Assembly: GCA_030704615.1 (NCBI GenBank)
Contig: CM060732.1
Span: 14,632,001 to 14,696,000 of the forward strand
Origin: Takakia lepidozioides
Taxonomy: Eukaryota; Plantae; Bryophyta
Reading direction: 5' to 3'
Length of the DNA: 64,000 nt
Position numbers and translations under genes: made by a program. This document shows, piece after piece, positions 48,101 through 60,512 of the stretch. The notes beneath the pieces were generated by a model. That model did not search any database. It was given only the letters and a program-made list of their open reading frames with translations, and was not told the DNA's origin. Every line of letters starts with the position of its first letter. Position 1 is the stretch's first letter.

Positions 48101-51100
48101 GGTATGGTTCCTATGAGTTCTTGGTGATGCCCTTTGGGCTCACCAACGCACCCGCAACCTTTAGCACGCTAATGAACAGCCTTTTCTAGGAGTGGTTGGA
48201 CGACTTTGTGATCGTGTACATCGACGACATCTTGGTGTACTCGAAAACAAAGGAAGAGCACCTGGAGCACCTCAAAAGGGTGTTCCAGAAATTACGGGAA
48301 GGAAAGTTGTATGCCAAAGCTTCAAAGTGCGAATTCGGGGTCACAAAAGTGGAGTTCTTGGGGCATGTGATTACACAGGATGGGATCAAAATGGATGACA
48401 GAAAGGTGAGAGCAATCTTGGACTGGGAGCCTCCGACTTCGATCCCAGGAGTGGGATCCTTCTTAAGACTCGCCTCCTATTACCGAAAGTATGTGAGAAA
48501 TTTCGCCAAGATCGCGGGGCCGCTGTCAGACCTCCTGTGTAAATCCAAAGTCTGGGTATGGAACACATTTTGTGGCCAAGCTTTTGCTGAGTTGAAGCAG
48601 TGGATGGCGGAAGCTCCAGTCCTGAAAATCCCGGAGTTCGACCGCCCATTTGAGATTCATACGGATGCGTCGGACTTCGCGATTGGAGGTGTACTCATGC
48701 ATGAGGGACGTCTAGTGGCTTACAAAAATAAGAAACTGAATGAAGTGGAGCGGCGGTGGCCAACGCACGAGAAAGAAATGAAGGCGGTGGTGCATTGCCT
48801 TGAGCTTTGGCGCCACTATATTGGCTCCAACCCGGTGAAAGTGTTCACGGACAATGTCACGGTGAAGTATTTTACCACGCAGCCTAAGTTGTCTCCAAAA
48901 CAAATTAGGTGGCAAGACACTTTGGCACTGTTTGACGTGGATATCCAGTACAAACCGGGACGGGACAATGTCGTGGCCGATGCTATAAGTAGAAAGCAGC
49001 AGCTCATGATGGTGTACAGGGGCGAGACGGCGCTCCAAAGGAAGATTCGGAAGGCTTACCGGAAGGATGAGTTGCGAAGTCCGTGACGCGGGACTTGAGG
49101 ATGGGGGTTAAATCACAGTTCCACTTGCAAAATGGACTGCTCCGGTATAAGCAAAAACGTCTCTCTGTGCCGATGGGAGGGATCAGAGATAGTCTCTTGA
49201 GAGAATGCCATGATGGCCCGCTTGCGGGCCACGGTGGAGCCAAGCGCACCGCGGCACTCCTGAAGAAAGAGTATTTCTGGCCCAAACTGAGGGAGGAGGC
49301 CGAGGAGTATGTCAAGACATGCACCACATGCCAACAAAACCGGAGCGAGTACAAAAAGCAAGCGGGGCTGTTACAACCCTTGCCGATTCCAGAGGGGTCT
49401 TGGGAAAGTGTCTCGATGGACTTCATGATTGCTATGCCGCTGTCAAAAGGATTCGACGCAATCGTGGTGGTGGTGGATAGATTCAGTAAAATGGGTCATT
49501 TCATCCCCACCAAGGAGACGGCAACGGCGCAGGAAAAGGGACGACTTTACTTCGCCCACGTCTTCAAGCATCATGGACTCCCGAAGGATATTGTCCCAGG
49601 CCGCGATCCAAAGTTTACTAGTAAATTTTGGAGGGTACTTTGGAAGAAAATGGGTACGAGGCTCAAAATGAGCACCACCTTCCGACCTACAACGGACGGC
49701 CAAACGGAAAGGGTGAATTCCGTGGTGAAGCAGATCTTGCGGAATTACGTGTCGGCAGACCAATCGGACTGGGTGGAGCACTTGGATGCGGCAGAGTTCT
49801 GTTATAATAACACAAAACATTCTGCAACAGGAGTTTCCCCTTTCGTATTGGTCTATGGAAAAGCACCTCTGGTGCCGACAAGTTGGGCCACCCAAGACGT
49901 TGAGGAACCGGTAGCAGCGGCAGTGCTGGAAGAACGCGAGTGTTTGTTGAAGCTCGCAAAGTACAACATTGCCAAAGCTAGGAAACGGTATGAATGGCAG
50001 GCGAATCGGAAGCGGAGGGAGGTTAAGTTTGAGGCAGGCACGGAGGTCTGGTTGAACATCAAAAAAATTCGACTACCTCCGGAAGTGAGTCCGAAGTTCG
50101 TACCTCCATATGCGGGACCCTTTCGCATCCGGAAGGTTATGAATGAGGATGTGTATGAATTGGAGCTGCCAGCAAAAAGCAAGGTGCATCCGGTATTCCA
50201 CGTCTCCCTTTTGAAGCCTTACTTCAAAGATGAAGCGCGTCCGAATCGGCCTCAAGTGTTGCGTTCGCCACCTGTGCTGTTGGATCATGAAAATGAACTT
50301 GAGTACGAGGTGGAGGCAGTGCTTAAGTTGAGGAGGTTGAAGAATCAAGAAATGGAGTATCTCGTGAAATGGAAGGGCTATCATCATGTGGAGGCATCTT
50401 GGGTGCGTGCCTCAGAAATGGGAAACGCATCCGAGGCGGTTGCAGCTTTCGAAGGCGACCTCAAAAGCGGAAGAAGCGTTGATGGGGACATCAACCTTAG
50501 AGCGTGGGGGAGGAAATGCATGCTTAGCCCGTCTTAGCTAACTCGGGAATCCCAATTGCAAAAACTTGTATTGTACAAATTTTGTTATAAAAGAAATGGT
50601 TTCCAAATGTTATGCGTCCTATTTTGTTTGGAATGGTGATGCATGGTATGGTTGGCTAGTGTGTAGAATGCATGCTAAGCTTACAAACTGGGAGAGGTAA
50701 ATTGGATTAATCGTGTGTTTGTGTAGTGCCGAAATCGGGTGACTCCCACCCAAGGGGCAAGGAAACTTGCATCTTCATTGGGAGTTCACGTGCTAGTGCG
50801 CGTACTATAACTGCGCTACCGAGGGGGTTGCCTTGTAGTGCGGGCTAATGCGGAAGCTACGTACTTTCGTTCACTCACTATAATCATGTAGCCTCGGGAC
50901 GAAGTCGTAGTGCGACTTCGGCGTGTTCCCGTACCTCAAGCCAGCATTCCAAAGCGGACCCAATTGTAGTGATTGAGGCGCATGGTTGGTTCAAGGTTAT
51001 CTTCCTAGTCAAAAAGGGTTCAAGGCGAACCCTTGCTCAAGGTGATGCCAAAAGCGACATCACGAGCGGTCGCAAGCAAATGTTGTTGCAGTAAGGCGAT

Positions 51101-51792
51101 TCGATCCTCGGGGAGGATCGATCCTTGGCCCTAAAGTGGGTCAAGAAGAGTGCACTGGGAGGAGCTTGAGAGGCTCCACCCTTGGCCGGGACTTGGAGGA
51201 AGTCGGCCGAACTAGCTAGTGGAGAGAAGAGTCAAGTGGGGGTTTGGTTCTTAGCCATGGGACGCCATGGTGCGGAAACAAACTCCTTGATGTGGGACGC
51301 CACAACTTGGATGTTTGTTTCTACAAAATGGACAAGTCGATGAGGACATCGACTCCGTGTTGGTAGGGGTGTGTGTCGCGGCCCTTTGCCTTGAGGGCAG
51401 GGGGTCGGGTCGCAGAGGGGCTGCCCCTGTGGTGGGGGCGGTGGCAGCAATAGATACGGGGGGCTGAAGCAACCTCGAGTGCCCAAAGCACTCGAGGAGG
51501 CGGAGGCACTTACTAGGTGGAGCCCCGCACACCGGGTTGCGGTGGGGGTGGCTCCACAAGGGGTGGTGGTAGCTTAGTGGGACTTAGTGGGGGTGACATA
51601 GGACTCACCATGGGGGCGGAGACCTTGTGGTGGGAGTCGTGGGGAGTCTTGGGACTCATCACGGTCCAAGGGGACCGTGGTGGGTGGGCCAAGACTCACC
51701 GGGACTCATCACCGGGAATCGAGGGTTTTCGTGGTGGTTTGCCATAAAATGGTGGTGTTGTTTGTGAAACCCCCGCGGACAGTTACAGAAGT
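45173..51792 (+). mobile_element. Ty3/gypsy chromovirus copy C: 5' LTR, PBS, gag, pol with chromodomain, truncated 3' LTR; pseudogenised
   Basis: 5' LTR 45173-45890 (TGTCAC...CAACA). Gag with CFNCRESGHMAKKC. Pol split by a stop at 48187-48189 and a frameshift near 49083. 3' LTR 51374-51792 stops abruptly. Same family as copy A, opposite orientation. Confidence 0.94.
45893..45904 (+). promoter_or_regulatory. Primer-binding site for initiator Met-tRNA
   Basis: TGGTATCAGAGC begins 2 nt after the LTR end. Confidence 0.92.
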
Positions 51793-52570
51793 TGCGGCGG
51801 TCGCTATATTTATAAAAACAAGAAGAGCGACCGCCACATGGCGGTCGCTGCTTTTTCAAAATATATATTAAATAAGCGATCGCCTACTGGCGGTCGCTTA
51901 ATTCAAGATTCAAAATGTAAATAAGCAACCGCCGCTAAATGGTGGTCGCTTCATTTAAAAAAATATATTAAGTAAGCGACCGCCAAACGGCGGTCGCATA
52001 ATTTAAGAATCAAAATCAAATCGAGCGACCGCTTCCAAATGGCGGTCGCTGTATTCTTTATTAACAAAAAATTGCGACGGCCGCCAAATGGCGGTCGCTG
52101 CATTTTTCAAAAATTAACTGAAGAAGCGACTGCCAAACGGCAGTCGCTTTATTTAAGAATACAAATAAAAATAAGCGACCGCTGCTAAATGGCGGTCGCT
52201 AAATTTAAAATATATATATAGCGACCGCCACATGGCGGTCGCTGTATTTTTACAGAATATATCAAAGATATAATAATAATAATATAATAAGGTGCGAGCG
52301 ACCGCCAATATAGGCGGTTGCTTCATTTAAAACATAATAAACTTCAACCGACCGCCAATGTAGGCGGTCGCTTATTTTAAAATGTAATAAAATATAAGCG
52401 GCTGCCAATATGGGCGGTCGCTTCATTTATAAATAAATAAATTACCGGCGACCGCCAATACTGGCGGTCGCTTAATTTAACAAAATATTAAATTACAAGC
52501 GACCGCCAATATGGGCGGTTGCTTTTATTTTTAAATTAATAAATTATATGCGACCGCCAATATTGGCGGA
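51793..52570. repeat. Second block of GCGACCGCC...GGCGGTCGC palindrome arrays, inverted relative to the 24.6-25.5 kb block
   Basis: cgcttcatttaaaa here versus ttttaaatgaagcg on the left; 52555-52612 resembles the reverse complement of 25440-25490. Confidence 0.85.
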
Positions 52571-52640
52571 TACATTTTTTAAAGAATTAATAAATATTAA
52601 TAATTGGCCACGTCTATTTTACACCGAGAGAGTGAGAGGA

Positions 52641-53338
52641 ATGGAAGATATCAGGGTGAAAAGCACCACAATCTTACAGAAGCAAACGATCGCTGCACCA
52701 CAGGCGTTGCAGCTACTGAAGGAGCTGCGATTGGAGGGATTGCTACGCAAGGACTGGTCCTTGCATCATCGGCAGTTCATGATACAATTTCTTCAAAACT
52801 TTGAGCCTCGGACAGGAGTTACTCAGGTAAGGGGAGTAGATATAGAAATTACTCCCCAGTCCTGCAGCAACTGTTTGATTTGCCATCAGGACATGTGGAG
52901 GTGGATGAGCACAGGGCAAGATTGCAGATAGGGAATTTGTTCCAAGAAGGGAGTTTCTTTAAAACTCAAGGTTTTGCTTGTACCAAAGCCGAGTACCCAG
53001 GGCTTCGGGAGGTTGGCCAAATCTTGAACGTTCTGTTTGCCATGAAACAGAACCAACAGTATTTGAGCAGGTCCTTCACAGAGGAGATCCTGAAAGCTTT
53101 GAGGGGAGAGGATGTCGCTTGGGCGGAGTTAATGTACAACGGATTGGTGGACGAGATGAAGAGGTTACAGGGCACTACTGCAAAGTCTCCGATTATTGTG
53201 TCTGGTCCAAACCCCCCCCCCCATACTCGATCAATGGCAAGACTTCCAGGCCGCACCATGAACCTCAGTATCAACATGCCATCTACTGATGTACATCCAT
53301 CAAAAGATGGTTGGAGTGGAACCCGTATGCAGATATAG
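52641..53338 (+). pseudogene. Transposon-associated ORF of uncertain family, frameshifted
   Basis: FMIQFLQNF...VTQVRGVDIEITP|..LFDLPSG...GEDVAWAELMY resembles plant TE accessory proteins; no firm match. Confidence 0.4.
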
Positions 53339-53666
53339 GATGAGTAGCTGCCAAGTTAAACTTCCATGAATTTCTTTGATCTTCATGAAGTGCAACAGCC
53401 ACTTTTGAAACAATTGTGTATATGAAATTTGGGAATTTTGTCACTTGTCAATTGTCAAATTTCAATGGAATCATGAATGCAATGAAAAAACATATGTTTC
53501 ACATCATATATGAATCATTTCATGGCCACAGGAAACTTGAAAATCATCTCAATGCACAATTTCAAAATGTCATAGTGCTTTTATAACCACGCGAGAAAAT
53601 TGGGTACAATCTAAAATTGTAACTCCATGAACCATCATGCTATACCATAAGCGCTTGTAAAATTGC

Positions 53667-55101
53667 CTACAACATTTTCTTCCTATAGCAATCGTGAGGC
53701 TCCATCCAAGTGAATGTTGGCGACATGAAACGTCGCGTTATGACGCTCAACGTTGGTCGAGTCTCCTGAACAACATCGCATAGCTGCTCTAGAGCAAGAG
53801 CAAAATACTCTCCCATGAATTTATCTTCAATCGCACTCCCATCGTAATGACTGCCACCATTGATTTTGTGTGCTATCTTACCAACATCAAATGTTTCGGA
53901 AGCCATACTCTGGGTGGGCCTTTGCGGTGTGCCATCCACCAAATTGTTTGTTGCCGCGTGGACCATAACAATCTCTGGCGCCACCCACCAACACCGATGC
54001 AATTCCTTCTTTATTTTGCTGGTAGTTTCAAAAAGATATGGAGATATCTTCGCTGCCTCCGTGGAGGTTGCCATTCCCCAATCACACACCCCGATGTACA
54101 CTTGGTCGGTACTATCGGGGAAATGCAACAAAATATTACTCGGTGAAAGGTCATTGTGCATGACGTGGTTCTTATGAACACTATCCATAATGCTCAGCAG
54201 TGCCCAAGCCAATTTACTCTAGTGGCGGCGGTAACAAACCAAACGGTTCACCTGCTCGTGTTCTTGCTCGGTCCAATGCTTTGCCAACACCTCCCTGTTA
54301 TCCACCCGGCTCCCAAAACGTTCGTCACTCTTCCAAACATCACGTAGGGAACCCCCATTCCACCACAATGTGTAACCCTCCAAGTCTCGTGGATGAACTC
54401 ATATATATTTTATAATCCCATGATGTGCGAATTGCACAGCCATGGCTTCTTCAACATGTTCCCTCCTAGCAAGATGAGGATTTTTCTCCTTAGGTTTTTT
54501 TCCCCGCCAATTGCCAATTAACATTAATTCGGATATCATCCGCAATTCGTACCTTACGAACTCGTCCGAAGCCCCCTTCCCGTGGTGCATCCAACTGCTC
54601 CATCACTGCGTTTGAACTGAGGTACAACAATGCCGTTCCCTCTCCAGGAATGTTGTCGGGCTGCCTCCGTGTCAGTGACTTGGTGCGGCATTTTCCGTGG
54701 GCCTTCGCTGAATCCGCCCACTAGCCAACTCGCACAAACAAGTCCTTCTCCCAAGCCGGCACCGGACCGCTTGTCGTTTGTTTCACCATCGAACCAATAA
54801 ACTGCTTGAGATTCCATGTGATGTCGCCCGCTCGATGTTGCACCCACTGGTCGAACTTGCGCTTCTCCCTCTCCTCTGTCCACTTCTCCCCGGCCAAAGC
54901 TTCCCGGATTTTTTGCTCCATCCGCAGTTCAAACTTGCAGAATCCACCATGTCCATGCCGGACATATGCACTTTGCAAGTACATCATAAAAAACTTTTTG
55001 CACTCGTGTCGTGGGACCTTGATGGGGAGGTTGGGCTCTGAAGAAAATGGTTTTGAGCTAGCTGATCCGGCAGAAAAGTCGGAATTGTCTTCCTGTTGCA
55101 T
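53667..55101 (-). pseudogene. Apparently intronless Ser/Thr protein kinase-like gene with N-terminal extension, frameshifted
   Basis: GKGASDE (Gly-loop-like), EEAMAV..HHGIIK, VMHNDLSPSNILL (catalytic loop), VCDWGMA (DFG equivalent), WVAPEI. Confidence 0.75.
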
Positions 55102-56169
55102 TTTAACAAAGGGGGTTACCTCCCTGCAGGTAATCTTTTGGGGTTTTCAGCCCAATTCTTAACTATGGGGGAGACCAGCCTGCAGGTAATTCCTTTGGAC
55201 AGAATGTTGTTGGGGCCCATATGTACCTCTATTTGCTCCATTTTTGAACCTTCAGTGGATGGTGTGGTTTCCTGAGGTGGTTCCATTATGAGGAATGGTT
55301 GGTGGACATAAGGAGACACTGGCGGACCCTGTGGAGGCTTGCATGGGGCATTGGAGGCCAAGTTTCATGAGCTCGTGGAGGGCGGTTCGAGGAGTGTCTA
55401 CAGGATGCTCCCCGTGGTCATGCAAGTGAGAGAAAAGAGGAAAAAAGAGGGTGTTGGGATGAGAGTGTGCTGGGGATAGACATTGCTTTAGCTTCCCTTC
55501 CTCATAGCTTTCCACCTTCTCTGTAGGCCAAGACCTTTCCGTAGGTGGAGGCAAGAGTCAGTCCGGGTTTGGGCTGGGGTGTCCTTGCAGGAGTGACACT
55601 ATGGAGTTGTTTTTGGTGAGGGGGAGTTGTTGTTTTCATTCTTGTGTTTGGATCCCCTCCACACCTGCATGCTTGATTGTGCGCCATATTAGCTTTGTGT
55701 GGGCGTTTGATTTTATAGGTGGTTGACTCGGGCTTGATAGCCGATCCGACCCTAGAGCATGATGTCGATGGTGAGGCTGGGTTGATGAACAGTCAGACCA
55801 CCTTTGTTTCTCCTGTGGTGAGGTTGGAGGTGATGACCAGCCAACCATAGGAGTGCATGTGGTGGATGCAGGTGCAGGTGCATGTGCAGGCTATGTTAGG
55901 AACCTAGTATTCCAAACCATAAGCCGCATCAGGTTCTCTACCCGGTTACCTTGTGGAGAGGGGGTTAGGGACATGTTCATGATCGGTTGAGTGTCAGTTT
56001 GTCAACACGTAGGTGCCACCAATTGTTGGGGAAAGTGTCGGTACGAGCACTAGCGATACTAGACGAGGTGTGCAGTTCAGGCCACCTTCACCTCCTGTAT
56101 CTTCCAAGGAAGGTTCTGATTCCGACTCTGAATCAGGAGGGTTCACGCCAACGGTACAAGTTATTCCCT

Positions 56170-56290
56170 TGCCATTGTTGTGGGACACAATGGAAGAGAT
56201 GTATGGAGCTACCAAGGGGCCATGTAGGTACTCTGGGGCGGTGGGCACCATCGAGTTGGATGATTTTGTCCAAGAGTTTGATAGTTGGTG
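56170..56290 (+). pseudogene. Possible retrotransposon gag fragment
   Basis: PCRYSGAVGTIELDDFVQEFDSW resembles a gag F/YSG...FxxxF motif; short and isolated. Confidence 0.3.
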
Positions 56291-56989
56291 ATAGCAAAGT
56301 GGGCTTTCCTAGAGCAATAATTGGCCCTTCATGTGGGATATTTGGAATTTCAAGTAGTTTTGGTAGCTGGAAATTCGCAAAAAATAGCAAAGTGGATAAA
56401 TCAATATATGAAGCCTCGACAGTGGAGATTGCAAAAATAGCGAAGTGGGCTTTGGGATTGCACTTGGACTTGGAGCATCTCCTGCAGCACGTTAAAGCCA
56501 CCCAGCCGGCGCCAATCTAGTCCCGCCGCAAAGGATGGGGTCCAAAGTAAACCCCAACGGTGCAATAACGCCAAATTATTTCCGGCGGGGCCGCTCGAAT
56601 TTGTCTTTGCCCCGCCATATTTGGGCATATTCGGCGGGCTCCAAACCTGGCCCGCCAGATGTTTCAATCTTTTTCCTAACTACACGTGTCTTCAACCCTC
56701 ATTAATCCGCTGGCCCGCCACATGTTAGGATGCCTTTCCTAACTACACGTGTCTGCAACCCTCGTTAATGCCCCACTTTGCCATGTTTCTATAGCCAAAG
56801 TACGTCCTGCCCATGCCAGCAAAGCCAAGGTAGCGAGGCACCAGGCTTGCACAGTAGGGGTTTTTCTACTACTCCTCCGCCATCTTGGGAATCGGCCCCG
56901 CCAAGTGAGCCGGTAGAGTGCGTTTGGCGGGGCATTTTGGGTTGCACCGAAGGAGATGCTCTTAGAATAGGCTACCCTAGAGGTTGCAT

Positions 56990-57160
56990 TTGGGCCTCGA
57001 CATAGGAGACGCACATGGCAGATGCCCTTGGATACATAGGAGATTGCACTTGGGCTTAGAGGACAGTGGACACTTGGGCCTCTACATGGGAGATGCACTT
57101 GGATACATAGAAGATTACACTTGGGCTTAGATGGGCCTCGACATAGGAGACGCATTGGGA
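56990..57160. repeat. Degenerate short tandem repeats
   Basis: Recurring ttgggcctcgacataggagacgca and cttggatacatag(g/a)agatt(g/a)cacttgggcttaga. Confidence 0.65.
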
Positions 57161-57777
57161 TGCTCAATCGTCTACTTGCGAGCCAAATGACGATCGCGAA
57201 TCCTTCCAGGGAAGAGAACCAGAACACATTGATCCGTGAGAAATTTAGAATGGCTTTTCACCAAATCCATGTCGATTTGAAGGATTGCCTGGTCTTCTTC
57301 CAAGGCTGCAGCCTCGTCACTCCAAACCTCGGCGGGCTTAACAGGAGAGGAATTAGAGAAGGAAGGAGCATTGCCAAGCACTCAGGGCCCTCATGACGGA
57401 AATACGACCAGTTGATCCTCTTGCCGTCTCTGGCAGACCTACTGGATCGATTAGCTAGCCTGGCCCTGGTAACCACGCCCAAGTTTTTTGTCAAGCACTA
57501 CAGAGACCAATGGCCGCATAGTTGCGGGAGAAGAGAAGCAATCACGGGGAGGTCAGCAACGAGGAGAAAAACTGCGAGAGAAGGGAAGGGGAGAGAGATA
57601 GCACAATTAGGGTGAGCAGCGCTGCCAGGCCGAGGAAGAGAAGGGGACAACCAAGCAACCGTGAATTTGGAGTTTTGAATTGCCCTTGAATACATTGGAT
57701 TCTCTCGGAGTTTCGCCTTCTACCAAAATTTAAGCTTATAGTTCGTACAGTTCCTTCAAAATTAAGCAGGTACTAAC

Positions 57778-58073
57778 CAGAGTTGGGAGGTTCTTTGATT
57801 CAGCGACCAACCCCCGGAGGTTATCAAGACGGTACCCACGGTTCTCAAAAAAAGAAAAAAACCGGCATAGGCTCATAACCGCCGGTTATGTAGTTTTGAA
57901 ATAACGAGCCTGAAAACCATCAAAGATTCACCAAAGGCGGGCCGGCATTTGATGAAAACCGCCGGTTCTTTGAGGTTCTTACAATTAACCGGAACCGGAG
58001 GATCCTAGGATTTTGTAAAAACCGGAACCGGAACCGGAGGTTATAAAAGAAATCAAATAACCACCCAACACTG
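57778..58073. mobile_element. hAT-type MITE (296 bp)
   Basis: TIRs CAGAGTTGGG / CCCAACACTG; perfect 8-bp TSD GTACTAAC at 57770-57777 and 58074-58081; internal AACCGG repeats. Confidence 0.88.
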
Positions 58074-58756
58074 GTACTAACTTATGGGTCCTCTTACTTC
58101 GAGTTGGATAGTCTACTTGGACCTCACATCTGAACTGTAAAAGTACTTGTGTGCATGTATAGTTGTGGATGTCATGTATGAATCTGACTGGGATGACGCG
58201 GATGTATGGGTATGGGCTTGCATGCATGTGTTGGGATTTTGCTTGGCCCCTTATTAGACTAGCCCAGTGGATTGACCAGAGGAGAAAGCTTGGCAGGCTT
58301 CCCATGTGGTCAAGCTCGCATCACTGTCCTTGCAGCCCTGCAGACGGCTCACCTACCCACTGTCATCACAGTGGTGTCCTCGCATCACCAAGACTCATTC
58401 TTGGCCGGGCTTTTTTTCCTTGCTACATGTACTACTCTCTTCGGTTGGGAAACCCGAGCAGCAATGTGTGGTTGTGGTGAAGCGCAGGAGAGCATAGTTA
58501 AGCAGCGATCACATTTAGCAAGCAGCCTGTTCCGTGCGAGACCCAGCCTCCAGGAATGACTTGCTTGCCCCAGATCTCCGATCTGCCCTCCAGTACTAGT
58601 ACATATAATTCGCTCTACTTCTTCTCCTTCGTCGTACGTGTGCATGGGGTTCTGTGGGAGTAGGACGAACTTGCATGTTCTGGCTTCATTTGCTTCCTTA
58701 GGGAGAAGCAGCCCCCTTATAAGCTGATAGGTTACAAGAGAAGTTTGTTTTGTCTT

Positions 58757-59380
58757 ATGGGTTGCTCTGGGTCCAAGCGCTGCTTAAGTCAGATAGAAAC
58801 CATTGCTCGCGACACTGCCTTCACCGTGAGTGAGGTTGAAGCATTACACGAGCTATTTATGCAGATTAGTAGCGCTGTTATCGATGACGGTGTGATACAC
58901 AAGGAAGAGTTTCAACTGGCCCTGTTGAAAACTAGGAGGAAAGAAGAGAACCTCTTCGCAACTCAATTGTTTCATCTGTTCGATCAGAGACACAATGGAC
59001 TTGTGGATTTTGAAGCATTTGCCCATACGCTGTCAGTCTTTCACCCCAACGGTTCTGTGGAGGACAAGACAGACTTCGCATTCAGGATGTATGATCTGCA
59101 GCAACATGGGTGCATAGAGAGAGAAGAGGTGAAGCGGATGGTGGCCGCCACCTTAGCAGAGTTAGGCTTGAACCAAGTTTGCAACGATGTGATGGAAGAC
59201 ATACTTGACAGGACATTCCAGAAAGCAGAAAGTAAACATGATGGTAAGATAGACAGGGAAGAGTGGCACAGACTGGTGCAGCAATGTCCGTCTCTCCTGA
59301 ATAACATGACTCTTCCCTGTCTCAAGGACATCACTACATCTTTTCCCAGTTTTATTTTCTCTTCCAAGGTGGAGGATTAG
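58757..59380 (+). CDS. CBL: Calcineurin B-like calcium sensor, intronless, 207 aa
   Basis: MGCSGSK (myristoylation/S-acylation motif), [13 protein letters not shown], 14-residue EF1 [20 protein letters not shown]-terminal [13 protein letters not shown] (FPSF motif). Confidence 0.95.
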   Translation: MGCSGSKRCLSQIETIARDTAFTVSEVEALHELFMQISSAVIDDGVIHKEEFQLALLKTRRKEENLFATQLFHLFDQRHNGLVDFEAFAHTLSVFHPNGSVEDKTDFAFRMYDLQQHGCIEREEVKRMVAATLAELGLNQVCNDVMEDILDRTFQKAESKHDGKIDREEWHRLVQQCPSLLNNMTLPCLKDITTSFPSFIFSSKVED

Positions 59381-60512
59381 CTTCAGGACCCATCAGCATC
59401 GCTGCCAGAATTGTGTATAGCGTGAGGCATTTAGCCCCCATTCAGTTGGTCTTCGCGCCTGTGAATTTTTTGTGTAACGAGGGCACAAAATGCTGAGCCA
59501 GTCTTTGCTATGCGAAGACACGATCTTTGATCATTTGCAAGATGAATCTTGAAACATTCTGTTATGTAGAGCTACATGATGATCCATACTAATGATTAAC
59601 TACCAACTTCAGTGGAATCTGTCTGAGCAATTTCTCCCCAACGACATTGGTAGGCTAACAATGATCTGCGCGCATAAACTAAGGACTTCCAGCATGTGAA
59701 CTAGGATGTATGTAGTATGTACCAGTCAAGAGATGCAATGCAAGAATGCCATCATCCATTTATGAAACTCTCATCGCTCGCCTAGAAATGGCGTTTTCTT
59801 TGTGTACATCACTGGCGCCCTGAGTGCCCTGAATATCAAAACGACGCTGCTGATTACGCTGCTGGTCCACTCTGGACTCAGCTTGGTCTAGACTCGGCCT
59901 GCTTCTGCTGCCTCTTCCTCTAGCAAATTCAGGTAACACTTACAGGCGTGTGTCCACCTTCTGCGTGGAAACACTTACTGTAAGATGCTGGTAGGCAATA
60001 GGTTGCCATTCAATCCTTCTGCCATGGTCTCCCATCCTTGATCTGGAATGAGCTGAGGCTAGCTCCGGATGTGGACTTGGACCCCCTTTCCTACATTGCA
60101 TTGTTGGTACCGATACTTTTCCAAGCCATGGTTTCCATCTTCCCACCTTCTGATCTTTCATCCATTGAGTACCTCAACATAATAATGGGTTGCCCCACCT
60201 TGGTAATGAGAATGTCGATCAGCTCTATCCTACAGTTCATGATCGTTCAAAACTATTGGGACATCTCCTATTCTCCAGGACAAAATGGCGAACATATACA
60301 GGTATGTTGCCATTTCCCGTATGGGCCTTCATAGAGTGATGTATAAGAGGGCAAGGAACCTAATTTTACTCTTGAATTTCAAGTCTGTATATGCAATGAA
60401 ACCCCACAATTGGAATGTGACATGGACTACCTTGGAGATGAGTTAACCTTACAAAAATCAGGGGCCACATTGTTATCCATTTCCCCCCCCCCACTGTCGC
60501 TAACCTCAGTCA

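Noticed and set aside
57172-57381. Possible LINE ORF1 fragment (ILQIDMDLVKSHSKFLTDQCVLVLFPGR)
   Set aside because: Too short and weak to support without a search.
57496-57501. CACTAC as a CACTA terminus
   Set aside because: No matching TAGTG end, 3-bp TSD or adjacent subterminal repeats.
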